Assembly (NCBI GenBank): GCA_036262035.1
Contig: DATAJS010000010.1
Location: forward strand, 724,915 to 788,914
Source of the DNA: Burkholderiales bacterium
Lineage (GTDB): Bacteria; Pseudomonadota; Gammaproteobacteria; Burkholderiales; SG8-41
Length of the DNA stretch: 64,000 bases
Reading direction: 5' to 3'
The position numbers were made by a program, and so were the translations under genes. Within the stretch, counting starts at the first letter, position 1. Every line of letters starts with the position of its first letter. This document shows, piece by piece, positions 42,985 to 52,149 of the stretch. The notes beneath the pieces are model-generated. The model did not search any database. It was not told where the DNA came from and was given only the letters and a program-made list of their open reading frames with translations.

Positions 42985-43533
42985 TCAACGCGCGGCCAGC
43001 AGCCGTTCGATCTCTTTCACGAGCCGGGGATCGTTCGGCTCGACCGCGCTCTCGTACGACAGCACCTTCGCGCCGCTGCGGTCGACGAGATACTTGTGGA
43101 AGTTCCACTTCGGCCGCGCGCCCGAAGCCTTGGCGAGCCGTTCGTAGAACGGGTTGACCGGGCCTTTCGCGACGCCGCTCCTGGCGTACATCGGGAACGA
43201 CACGCCGTAGTTCACCTCGCAGAAATTCGCGATCTCCTTGTTCGAGCCGGGCTCCTGCGCGCCGAAGTCGTTCGACGGGAAGCCGATCACCACCAGTCCC
43301 TTGTCCTTGTAGCGCCTGTGCAGCTTCTCCAGCCCTTCGTATTGCGGCGTGTAGCCGCACTGGCTGGCGGTGTTCACCACCAGCAGGACCTTGCCTTCGT
43401 AGCGGCAGAGCGAGGCGTAGTCTTCGCTGAGCGTCGGCAGGGCGACGTCGAGCAGCGCGGGGCAGGCGGCCGTGGCGGCTGACGGGAGGGCGAGCAGGGC
43501 GAAGGCGGCAAGAACGCGGATCATGCCGGTCAT
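42985..43533 (-). CDS. glutathione peroxidase
   Basis: LVVNTASQCGYTPQYEGLEKL and FPSNDFGAQEPG GPx motifs. Signal peptide. Confidence 0.85.
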   Translation of the reverse strand: MTGMIRVLAAFALLALPSAATAACPALLDVALPTLSEDYASLCRYEGKVLLVVNTASQCGYTPQYEGLEKLHRRYKDKGLVVIGFPSNDFGAQEPGSNKEIANFCEVNYGVSFPMYARSGVAKGPVNPFYERLAKASGARPKWNFHKYLVDRSGAKVLSYESAVEPNDPRLVKEIERLLAAR

Positions 43534-43552
43534 CCTACACGCGTTAAGATCG

Positions 43553-43691
43553 AAATGGATTCCCGCCTTCGCGGGAATGACGAGGGCGCCCGCCTTCGCG
43601 GGAATGACGAAGGTGTCCGCCTTCGCGGGAATGACGAGGGTGCCCGCCTTCGCGGGAATGACGAGGTGGTCCCGGCTTCGCGGGAATGACG
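43553..43691. repeat. tandem array of ~27-bp family-1 half-sites (cgccttcgcgggaatgacgaNGgtg x5)
   Basis: aatggattcccgccttcgcgggaatgacgagggcgcccgccttcgcgggaatgacgaaggtgtccgccttcgcgggaatgacgagggtgcccgccttcgcgggaatgacgaggtggtcccggcttcgcgggaatgacgggg. Confidence 0.8.
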
Positions 43692-43701
43692 GGGATAACG
43701 C

Positions 43702-44601
43702 ATGGCGAGACGAGAGCATCCGACACACGACTACAACGCCGAATCCGACGCCGCGCACTTCGGCAAGCCGCGCGGCGGATGGCGCCTCAAGCTTTTCCGG
43801 ATCGTCTTCGAATCGGACACGCCGGCCGGACGGCTGTTCGACGCGATCGTCATCGTCGCGATCCTCGCGAGCGTCGTCGCGGTGATCGCCGACAGCCTGG
43901 AATCGGTCGCTTCGCGCCACGGCGGCGCGCTCGACGGCATCGAGTGGTTCTTCACGGTGCTCTTCACGATCGAGTACCTCGCGCGGCTGGCGTGCATCGA
44001 GCGCCCGCTGCGCTACGCGAGGAGCTTCTTCGGTCTCGTCGACCTCGCCGCGGTGCTGCCGACCTACCTCGCGATCTTCTTCCCCGAGGCGCAGGTGCTG
44101 CTGGACGTGCGGATCCTGCGGCTGGTGCGGGTCTTCCGCATCTTCAAGCTCACGCGCTATCTCGCCGAGGTGCGGCTGCTCGGGCGCGCCATGGCGAACA
44201 GCATGCGCAAGATCCTGGTGTTCCTGTCGGTCGTGGTGATGGTCGTGCTCGTCGTGGCGACGCTCATGTACGTGATCGAAGGTCCCGGCAACGGCTTCAC
44301 CAGCATTCCCAAGGCGATCTACTGGGCGCTGTCGACGATCACCACCGTCGGCTACGGCGACATCGTGCCGCGCACCGAGCTCGGCCGCGCGCTGGCCGGC
44401 CTGGTGATGCTGATCGGCTGGGGCATCCTCGCCGTGCCGACCGGCATCGTCACGGCGGAGATGACCCTGCAGAGCCTAGGCCGCACGCGCACGCTGGTAT
44501 GCCCGTCGTGCGGCGTGACCACTCACGAGCCGGACGCGGCGTTCTGCCGCCGCTGCGGCGCGAAGCTCGTCGTCGAGCCGAGTCACTCCGGTGGCGCGTA
44601 G
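43702..44601 (+). CDS. voltage-gated-type 6TM potassium channel with C-terminal Cys4 zinc-ribbon
   Basis: S4 RILRLVRVFRIFKLTRY, selectivity filter TVGYGD, C-terminal CPSCG...CRRCG. Confidence 0.8.
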   Translation: MARREHPTHDYNAESDAAHFGKPRGGWRLKLFRIVFESDTPAGRLFDAIVIVAILASVVAVIADSLESVASRHGGALDGIEWFFTVLFTIEYLARLACIERPLRYARSFFGLVDLAAVLPTYLAIFFPEAQVLLDVRILRLVRVFRIFKLTRYLAEVRLLGRAMANSMRKILVFLSVVVMVVLVVATLMYVIEGPGNGFTSIPKAIYWALSTITTVGYGDIVPRTELGRALAGLVMLIGWGILAVPTGIVTAEMTLQSLGRTRTLVCPSCGVTTHEPDAAFCRRCGAKLVVEPSHSGGA

Positions 44602-45551
44602 TGCTTCGGCACCTCGCCGGTGAGTGACTCGAGGAACGCGACGATGTCGCCGGCTGCGCCATCGTCGAGCGTGCGCCCGAGCTGCACCGAGGCCATCACG
44701 CGCACCGCGCGCTCGAGTGTGGCGACCGAGCCGTCGTGGAAGTACGGCCCGGTCTTCGCGATGTTGCGCAGGATCGGCACGCGGAAGACGTAGCGGTCCT
44801 CGTCTTTCTTGGTGACGAGATAGCGCCCGAGATCGGGCGTCTTCGAGCCGGTCTCCTGCCAGTACTCCTTGACGATGCCGAAGCGCTGCAGGCTCGTCCC
44901 GCCGAAGAGCTTGCCGCTGTGGCAGCCGCCGCAGCCGGTCGCCACGAAGGTGCGCAGCCCGCTCTTCTGCTTGGCGCTGAGCGCGTTGTCGTCCCCGCCG
45001 AGAAAGCGATCGAACGCCGACGGCGTGACGAGTGTGGCCTGATAGGCGGCGAGCGAGCGCCCGTAGTTCTGCAGGGTCAGCGGATCGGGATCGTTCGGGT
45101 ATGCACGGCGGAAGGCCGCGAGATATTCGAGCTCCTTGAGCCTGGCCAGCGCGACGTCGCGTGTATCGAAGCCCAGCGAGCCGGTGATCGAGCCTTCGGC
45201 CTGCGCCGCGCCGTCCTTCCGGTCGCCGACCCAGCGCAGGCTCGCCGCCGACATCGAGTTGAACACGCTCGGGGAGCGCCGCGCGGTGGGTTTGCCGCGC
45301 GCGTCGATCGGGAAGACACGGGTGTCCGCGCCCCACGTCGCAGCCGCATGACAGCTCGCGCACGCGGTCTTGCCGTCTCGCGAGACCCGCGTATCCCAGA
45401 ACAGCGCGCGTCCGAGGGCGGCTTCGGGCGTCAGCACCGCGGCGGGCGCTTCGAGGCGTCCGAACAGCCCGGCGGCCGTCTTGCGGAGATCGTCGTCGGC
45501 GGCGGATGCCGCGCCGGCAGCCAGCAACAGGGTGGCGAACAGGACGCGCAT
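44583..45551 (-). CDS. dihaem cytochrome c peroxidase (CCP/MauG family)
   Basis: Signal peptide, two CxxCH (CASCH, CGGCH), 322 aa. 3-prime ends of this and the channel gene overlap by ~19 nt. Confidence 0.85.
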   Translation of the reverse strand: MRVLFATLLLAAGAASAADDDLRKTAAGLFGRLEAPAAVLTPEAALGRALFWDTRVSRDGKTACASCHAAATWGADTRVFPIDARGKPTARRSPSVFNSMSAASLRWVGDRKDGAAQAEGSITGSLGFDTRDVALARLKELEYLAAFRRAYPNDPDPLTLQNYGRSLAAYQATLVTPSAFDRFLGGDDNALSAKQKSGLRTFVATGCGGCHSGKLFGGTSLQRFGIVKEYWQETGSKTPDLGRYLVTKKDEDRYVFRVPILRNIAKTGPYFHDGSVATLERAVRVMASVQLGRTLDDGAAGDIVAFLESLTGEVPKHYAPPE

Positions 45552-45606
45552 GATGCCCTCCGTTCGTGCGAGCGTGAGGGCATTGTGATACGGCGCGAAC
45601 GGCTTG

Positions 45607-46470
45607 TCAGCCCACGTTCTCCTTCCCTGCGGTCACCTGCCCGTGGTTGAGCGCGGTGACCAGCGCGAGGCCGCCGATGACGTTGCCGATGAACGCCGGC
45701 ACGGTGTAGTACGCGAACGCCGCCCACCACGACGTGTGGCCCATCGCGGCGTAGGTGTAGACGTCGATGGAGCCGGCGATGCAATGGGTGAACTCGCCGA
45801 TGCCGACGAGGTAGGTGATGATGACGATCACCCACAGCCGCGCCGATTCCGCGAACGGCAGCAGCCACACGATGAGCGCGATCAGCCAGCCCGCGAACAC
45901 GCCGCGGAGCACGATCGTGCCGTAGTCGAGCGACATCGCCCTCTCGCCGATGTCGGCGATCGCGTCCTTGACCTCGGCATTGAAAGCGCTGGTGTGCGCC
46001 GCCACGAGCGAGATGAGCACCGCGCCGATGAGGTTCGCCGCGAGCACGATCGCCCACAGCCGCAGGACGTTGAGGATCGTCGCGTTGGGCTTGCGCTGGA
46101 GCAATGGCAGGACCGGCGTCAGCGTGTTCTCGGTGAAGAGCTGCTGGCGGCCGAGGATGACGATGAGGTAGCCGGTCGAGTAGCCGATCGCGGAGACGAG
46201 CGGCCGCCAGTCGGCATCGGGCAGGTGCGCGATCATGAAGGCCTGGGCGAACATCGAGAAACCCATGGCGAGCCCGGCGGCCACACCCGACCAGAACAGC
46301 GCCGACGAGGTGCGCTCGAGCTCTTCCTCGCCTTCCTTGAGGATGGCCTTGTAGACGATGGTCCCCGAGGGCGAGCTGCGGTGCTCGGCCTCCAGGCGCT
46401 CGTCGGCCTCGGTCGCGGGCTTGACCTCTCCCGCCTTCGGTTCCGCCTTTTTGCGATCGTTCCGGGCCAC
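45607..46470 (-). CDS. formate/nitrite transporter (FNT) family channel
   Basis: GTG start 6 nt after AGGAG. Six TM. Called FNT from overall TM layout; no specific signature motif identified. Confidence 0.75.
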   Translation of the reverse strand: MARNDRKKAEPKAGEVKPATEADERLEAEHRSSPSGTIVYKAILKEGEEELERTSSALFWSGVAAGLAMGFSMFAQAFMIAHLPDADWRPLVSAIGYSTGYLIVILGRQQLFTENTLTPVLPLLQRKPNATILNVLRLWAIVLAANLIGAVLISLVAAHTSAFNAEVKDAIADIGERAMSLDYGTIVLRGVFAGWLIALIVWLLPFAESARLWVIVIITYLVGIGEFTHCIAGSIDVYTYAAMGHTSWWAAFAYYTVPAFIGNVIGGLALVTALNHGQVTAGKENVG

Positions 46471-46550
46471 GCGAGTCTCCTGTCGTCGCGGGCCTGCAGC
46501 AACGGCTGTACCGTAAACTGTCAGCATCGACGAAACAGCGGGGTGCGAGG

Positions 46551-47780
46551 ATGGCCTACAGTCTGATCGTGTCGAACGCGCGGCTTGCGCAGGGCGGCGC
46601 CACCGTGGACATCGCCGTCGCCGACGGCCGTATCGCCGGCATAGAGCCGCGCATCGAAGGCGGCGCCGAGCGCGTCGACGCCGGCGGGCGTTTCGTCTCG
46701 CCGGGCCTGGTCGAAAGTCACTTCCACCTCGACAAGTCGCGCATCCTCGACCGCGTCGCGCCGCTGGAAGACAAGCGTGCGACCGATCACATGAAGCGCG
46801 TGTCGGGTGTGAAGGACTCGTTCACGGTCGAGGACATCTATGCGCGCTCGAAGGAGACCCTCGAGCACTGCGTGATGAACGGCGTCATGCACATGCGCAC
46901 CCACATCGAGGTCGACGCGCCGATCTCGCTCAAAGGCCTGGAAGCGCTGAAGCAGCTCGCGAAAGACTACGCGTGGGCACTCGACCTCGAGCTCTGCGCG
47001 TTCCTCCAGGAAGGCTGGACCAACGTGCCCGGCGCCGAATCGAATGTGGTGCAGGCGCTGAAGAGCGGCGCCACCGTCGTCGGCGGCGCGCCGCGCTACG
47101 ACACCGACGGTCCGGCGCAGATCGAGCGCATCTTCGCGCTCGCCAGGGATTTCGACGTCGACGTGGACATCCACGGCGACGGCGGCTACACCACGCACGA
47201 CATGATGGCGTGGCAGATCTGCGATCTCGCGGACCGCAACGGCTGGAACGGCCGCGTCGCGATCGGCCACGGCAACAAGTACTCGGTGCTCGGCGACGAG
47301 GACCTCGCCAAGGTCGGCAAGCGGCTGGCCGGCGCGAGTGTGGCGGTGTCGGTGCTGCCCGCGACCGATCTCTTCACCAGCGGGCGCCATCAGGAGCACA
47401 GCGTGATGCGCGGCCTGGCCGACGCCAACGCGCTCATCGCCCACGGGGTCAACTGCTCGATCGCCACCAACAACGTGCTCAATCCCTTCACGCCCTACGG
47501 CGATTGCTCGCTGGTGCGCATCGCCAACCTGTACGCCAACGTGATCCAGCGCGGGACGCAGAAGGACCTGTCGGAGTGCTTCGCGATGATCACCGAGCGG
47601 CCGGCGCGGATCCTGCGCAAGCAGGACTACGGCATAGCGGTGGGTAATCCCGCCGATCTCGTGGTGTGGAACGCGCAATCACCGGCGGAAGTGATCGCGA
47701 ACGTCGCGCAGCCGCTGGTCGGGTTCAAGCGCGGGCGCAAAACGTTCAGCCGCGAGTTGCCGGTGATCCACCGGCCGTAA
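46551..47780 (+). CDS. amidohydrolase-superfamily deaminase (cytosine deaminase / AtzC-like)
   Basis: N-terminal HxH metal motif (ESHFHLDKS), 409 aa. Confidence 0.75.
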   Translation: MAYSLIVSNARLAQGGATVDIAVADGRIAGIEPRIEGGAERVDAGGRFVSPGLVESHFHLDKSRILDRVAPLEDKRATDHMKRVSGVKDSFTVEDIYARSKETLEHCVMNGVMHMRTHIEVDAPISLKGLEALKQLAKDYAWALDLELCAFLQEGWTNVPGAESNVVQALKSGATVVGGAPRYDTDGPAQIERIFALARDFDVDVDIHGDGGYTTHDMMAWQICDLADRNGWNGRVAIGHGNKYSVLGDEDLAKVGKRLAGASVAVSVLPATDLFTSGRHQEHSVMRGLADANALIAHGVNCSIATNNVLNPFTPYGDCSLVRIANLYANVIQRGTQKDLSECFAMITERPARILRKQDYGIAVGNPADLVVWNAQSPAEVIANVAQPLVGFKRGRKTFSRELPVIHRP

Positions 47781-47792
47781 AGGTCAACAGCG

Positions 47793-47935
47793 GAAACACG
47801 GAGGACACGGAGGATGGCACGGAGGGCACGGAGGAAAACATATGGGTGCCAGGCATCGAGCTCGGAAGAGTTGCGATCGATATAGCTTTCCTCCGTGTCC
47901 TCCGTGAACCTCCGTGTCCTCCGTGTTAAAGCTTT
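47793..47935. repeat. palindromic element built from inverted arrays of 9-bp units (acggaggac / gtcctccgt) around a ~60-bp core
   Basis: gaaacacggaggacacggaggatggcacggagggcacggaggaaaac ... ttcctccgtgtcctccgtgaacctccgtgtcctccgtg. Confidence 0.75.
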
Positions 47936-47936
47936 T

Positions 47937-48353
47937 TTACTCTCCGCCCATCCCCATCTCGCGGAAGCGCTCGACCGCTTCCCCCGCGACGAAGTCTTCG
48001 AGCTCGTAAAGCTCCCGCACCTCGATCTGCGCCGCGCCGCCGTCGAGCGACGGATTGGGGAAGCGCTTCGTCCACTCCAGCGCTTCCTCGCGCGATTTCG
48101 CGCGGATGAGGGTGTAGCCGGCGACGAGCTCCTTGGTCTCGGCGAACGGGCCGTCGCTCACCGAACGCTTCCTGCCGTCGTAGGTGATGCGCCAGCCTTT
48201 CGCGGTCGGCTTGAGGCCCGAGCCGTCGATGAGCATTCCCGCTCTCCGGAGCTCTTCGTGGTACGCGGCCATCTCGGCCATCAGGTCGTCGGTGGTCGGC
48301 AGGATGCCGGCCTCGGTGTCGGCGGTCGCCTTGACCAGGATCATGAATCGCAT
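47937..48353 (-). CDS. YciI-like / Dabb-family alpha+beta barrel protein
   Basis: Internal ATG (MRFMILVKATADTEAG...), 138 aa. Confidence 0.65.
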   Translation of the reverse strand: MRFMILVKATADTEAGILPTTDDLMAEMAAYHEELRRAGMLIDGSGLKPTAKGWRITYDGRKRSVSDGPFAETKELVAGYTLIRAKSREEALEWTKRFPNPSLDGGAAQIEVRELYELEDFVAGEAVERFREMGMGGE

Positions 48354-48564
48354 TTCGTCGTCTCCTGTCGGATCAGTCGGAAGAGCCAGATGGCGGCGGC
48401 GATCGCGAGCGACCCCGGCGCGAGGAGCGCCAGGCCATAGAGGCACCAGCGCAGCAACGGGGGAGCGCTTCGATGCGGGGCGGGGCCGAACGGTCGTGTC
48501 GTCATGCCCTTAGTCGATCCGCGGGAGCGCGAATCGACATCGGACACGACGAGGTCGGAGTTTT

Positions 48565-48777
48565 TTATTCCCGGCTGTCGGGCACGACCGCCGCGGCGGC
48601 GGTGAAGCCGATCTCCGAATGGGTGCCGTCGCAGAACGGCTTGGTGCTCGACGCCCCGCACCGGCACAGGAACACCGGCGATTTCACCGGCATGCGCCGG
48701 CTCTCGTAGAAGAGATCGATCTCGCCCTCGACCTTGTAAGGCCCGTTCTTCGTCGCGGTGATCTTCACGCTCGCCAT
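48565..48777 (-). CDS. CDGSH iron-sulfur domain protein (70 aa)
   Basis: CRCGASSTKPFCDGTH matches the CDGSH motif. Confidence 0.7.
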   Translation of the reverse strand: MASVKITATKNGPYKVEGEIDLFYESRRMPVKSPVFLCRCGASSTKPFCDGTHSEIGFTAAAAVVPDSRE

Positions 48778-48822
48778 GTTGCGCTCCCGTCGGGAAATCG
48801 GGGACAGACCCCGATTTCCCCG

Positions 48823-50292
48823 CTACGCCCGCGCGGTCTCGACCGGCTTGACGCTCATCACCTTCGGCGACAGCGCTTCGGCCACTTCGCGCGCGACCAC
48901 CGTGTCCTTGAAGAAGTCGGGGTTGTTGCGCGAGTGCAGCCGCGCCGCGTTGAGGAACGTGAACTCGCGGAAGTCTTCCTCGGTCATGAAGCCGCGCTCG
49001 ATGTTCTCGTAGACCTCAGGGATGACGTCCTCGAAATCGGGCACGTCGAAGTGCGTGAAGTCCGAGCTGAACACCGGCCGCAGGCGCACGCCCATGCGCG
49101 GATCGAACGCGAACACCGTCGCGCGGTCGTCGGCCTCGCAGCCGAAGTAGAAGTTCTCGGAGAAGACCTTGCGGATGTCGGCCTTGGACTTGACCCCCGA
49201 CGCGTCGAAATCGTCGACGACGTGCTCGGGCCTGGACAGCTCTTCGACCGTGCACTCGGGCCTGAAGGCGTCGAGGTTGCCCATGATCGCTTCGGCGCGC
49301 GCCCTGAGCTTGTCGTCGCCGTAGCGGTCGATGTAGCGGCGCAGCTCCGAGAGATCGGTCTTATGCGGATACTGGAGCTCGGCGCGCTGGCGTTTCTCCC
49401 AGTGCTCGATCACGTCGCACACCATCTGGGCGGCCCACGACACGCCGCCTTCCATGAAGCCGAAGTTGAGATTCGGATGGCGGTTCACCACACCGCCCAG
49501 GAACACGCTCTTGCAGAAGGCGTGGTTGGACTGCGCGAAATGCCCGACATGGTTGTAGGTGAAGTTGCTGATGGAGCCGCGATCGGACCAGCGCGTGCTG
49601 CCCGAGTGCTGGGTCACCGCCACGCCGAGCTCGACGCAGCGCTTCCAGAACGGGTCGTAGTCGAGCGGGCTGTCGAGGCCGATGGTGTCGACGTACCACG
49701 GCGCTTTTGCGGGATCGATGCCTTCGGCCATGCCGGGGATCGGGCGCTCGACGTTACCGCGCAGCATGACCCCCTTGAGGCCGAGCGTGCCGACGGCGTA
49801 CTCGAGCTCGTCGATCGCGGCCTGCGGCGTGCGCACCGGCAGGATCGCGACCGGCGCGAAGCGATCCTTGTACGGCGCGAACATCTCGGCGGTCATCGTG
49901 TTGTAGGCACGGCACGCGGCGCGCGAGAGCTCGTCGTCGTTGATCGTGTTGAGCGTGAGGCCGAAGCTCGGGTACATCACCGCGAAATCGATGCCGAGCT
50001 CGGGCAGGCGCTCGTTCAACAAGGCGGGAAGGAGCGCGGTCGCCTTGTCGAAGGTATTGGCGGTGACGCCCCACCAGATGAAGCGGCGCATGCGGTTCGA
50101 CTGCCGCTCCTCGGGCGTGGAGCGGTACCACGCGTCGTTGCGGCGCCACTGCTTGCGGATCTCGTCGACCGCCTTGCCGCCGCCGCTTTCGGCGAGGTGA
50201 TCGAGGAAGACCGGGATCGGCTCCATCCAGTGGCCGTCGCCGTCGATCACCGGATGGCTCAGCTTCCCGCGGATCTCTGCTGCGCGCGTCAT
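48823..50292 (-). CDS. amidohydrolase-2 family metal-dependent hydrolase/decarboxylase (ACMSD-like)
   Basis: N-terminal VIDGDGHW metal-binding motif, 489 aa. Confidence 0.8.
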   Translation of the reverse strand: MTRAAEIRGKLSHPVIDGDGHWMEPIPVFLDHLAESGGGKAVDEIRKQWRRNDAWYRSTPEERQSNRMRRFIWWGVTANTFDKATALLPALLNERLPELGIDFAVMYPSFGLTLNTINDDELSRAACRAYNTMTAEMFAPYKDRFAPVAILPVRTPQAAIDELEYAVGTLGLKGVMLRGNVERPIPGMAEGIDPAKAPWYVDTIGLDSPLDYDPFWKRCVELGVAVTQHSGSTRWSDRGSISNFTYNHVGHFAQSNHAFCKSVFLGGVVNRHPNLNFGFMEGGVSWAAQMVCDVIEHWEKRQRAELQYPHKTDLSELRRYIDRYGDDKLRARAEAIMGNLDAFRPECTVEELSRPEHVVDDFDASGVKSKADIRKVFSENFYFGCEADDRATVFAFDPRMGVRLRPVFSSDFTHFDVPDFEDVIPEVYENIERGFMTEEDFREFTFLNAARLHSRNNPDFFKDTVVAREVAEALSPKVMSVKPVETARA

Positions 50293-50369
50293 GCTCCCCT
50301 CCTTCGGACTGGATACCGTGGACAGATCATGCGCCGCACGGCCCGGGCGGGCAATGCCGGTGAAACGCG

Positions 50370-51830
50370 CTACATGCCGGCCTTGATCTGGTCCACGATT
50401 CCCTGGTTGATCGTCACCAGCCCGCGCATCGCGAGGCGCGTCGTCGCCGGTCCGTCGAGGTCGACTTCCATCTCGACGCGTTTGCTCTGGTTGGCCGCGA
50501 GACCGCCCATGTTGCTGATGATCCCGGCGGTGCGGGCGACCGCGTCCTTGCTCGAATCGTAGCCGCCGGTATCGCGGAAGCTCGCGTAGTGGCCGTCCAG
50601 CGGCAGCGCCTTGATCATGCGGATCGCCGAGCCGTTGGCGTGGGTGTGGACGAAGAAGCCGTCCGGCGCCTGCGTGATCGACATCCCTTCCTTCGCGTCG
50701 GCGCTCGAGCCGCGCGCGGTGATCGACGAGCGGTTGTTGCCGGACGATTCGAGCGCCGCGACATTGACCGCGACGCTGATCGACAGCGCTTCGAGGTTGC
50801 CCTTCACGTAATCCATGCGCTTGGTCATGTTGCCCGTGCCCATGCCGGCGAAGCCGCGCGAGATCACCTTCATGCCCGCGGGCGCGGTGACGAGGTACTT
50901 GCGGCCGTTCTTCTCGAGCAGCACCGGCGTGCCGGGGCGGCTCGGCGCCTCGGTCGCTTCGTACACGAAGCCGTTGTCTTTGACGAAGGCTTCGGCGTCT
51001 TCGAGCTTGACGCCCGCGCTTTGCAGGCGCGCGGTGAAGTCGGAGTACACCTTGTCGGTGATCGCCTGGAATGCCGCGATGTCGACGTTCGGCACGTTGT
51101 AAGTCACGCGCATGCGCGTCGCGCCGTAGTCGCGTCCGGGGAGATAGCCCGCGCGCGTGCTCGCGGTCACTTCGCCGCCGATGTCGTAGAGCACGCGGAA
51201 CTCGGCGATGTAGAAGCGCTTGCCCTTGAGGTCGAGCTTGCCGTCGAACAGCCCGCTCGTCGCGCCGGGCGAGACCGCTTCCGCCAGCGCCGGCGTCACG
51301 CTCGCTACGCTGAACGGCGTGACCTTGGTCAGCCCGCCGGGTGCGGGTGCGCCCGCGATCCGGTCGAACTCTTCGGCGGTCAGCGTCCTGCCTGCGACGC
51401 CCGGATCGTCCGCCTTGCAGCCTTTGGCCGCGCCGAGCTTCGTCAGGAAATCCTTGCGCGACGCGGCTTCCGCCCCGCGCTGCTTCGCGGCGGCGTCGGG
51501 CGCCATCTTCTGCTCGGTCGCGGTGCGCGCCGTCGCGTTGCCGGCGGCGCCGCCGATCACCGAGCCGAGCGGACCGAAGAGGCTGCCGATGAGCGAGCCG
51601 CCGACCTGTCCTGCGACGCCCGCGCCTGCGCCCGCGGCGGCGCGCGTCACTGCGCCGTTGTCGGGATCGCCGGCGGCGATGATGCCGTCGAGCGGCTTGG
51701 CTTCCTGCTGGATGCCCGGGCAGTCGAGCGTGGCGTCGCCGGGTTTGACGCGTTCGATGGTTTGGGCGGAGGTGTTACCGATGCACAGTGCAAGACCGCT
51801 GACGAGCGTCAGCCGCGACCCCTTCTTCAT
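50370..51830 (-). CDS. hypothetical secreted/lipoprotein-like protein with glycine-zipper segment (486 aa)
   Basis: Signal peptide MKKGSRLTLVSGLALCIGNTSAQ, GSLIGSLFGPLGSVIGGAAGNA. No recognised catalytic motifs. Confidence 0.55.
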   Translation of the reverse strand: MKKGSRLTLVSGLALCIGNTSAQTIERVKPGDATLDCPGIQQEAKPLDGIIAAGDPDNGAVTRAAAGAGAGVAGQVGGSLIGSLFGPLGSVIGGAAGNATARTATEQKMAPDAAAKQRGAEAASRKDFLTKLGAAKGCKADDPGVAGRTLTAEEFDRIAGAPAPGGLTKVTPFSVASVTPALAEAVSPGATSGLFDGKLDLKGKRFYIAEFRVLYDIGGEVTASTRAGYLPGRDYGATRMRVTYNVPNVDIAAFQAITDKVYSDFTARLQSAGVKLEDAEAFVKDNGFVYEATEAPSRPGTPVLLEKNGRKYLVTAPAGMKVISRGFAGMGTGNMTKRMDYVKGNLEALSISVAVNVAALESSGNNRSSITARGSSADAKEGMSITQAPDGFFVHTHANGSAIRMIKALPLDGHYASFRDTGGYDSSKDAVARTAGIISNMGGLAANQSKRVEMEVDLDGPATTRLAMRGLVTINQGIVDQIKAGM

Positions 51831-52101
51831 TCTTCCGCTTTCCTTTCATTTTATATTCTCGGGAATGACCGGCAGCAACAGATAGGATACACGCGCGCCG
51901 CCCGCGTGCAGCGTGACGCGGCCGCCGAAGCGATCCTTCGGACGATCGTCCGGATCGTCGTGCGTCATGCCGCCGGTGCCGCGCGTGCCGTAGCGGAAGC
52001 TCTTCGCGAACTGGGAGAGCTCGCCTTCGTATTCGTAGTCCTTGCCGCGCGGCCACGAGATCGCCACGCCGGCTTCGCCGGCTCGCGATGACCCGTTGGT
52101 T

Positions 52102-52148
52102 GTCATTGCGAGGAGCGGCAGCGACGAAGCAATCCCGTGACGCACGCA
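52102..52148. repeat. family-3 repeat fragment
   Basis: gtcattgcgaggagcggcagcgacgaagcaatcccgtgacgcacg. Confidence 0.6.
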
Positions 52149-52149
52149 A

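Noticed and set aside
43553-43691. Possible CRISPR array (regular 27-bp period)
   Set aside because: The spacers between repeat units are near-identical to each other and to the repeat family. There is no leader or cas gene. The unit is the arm of the family-1 MITE
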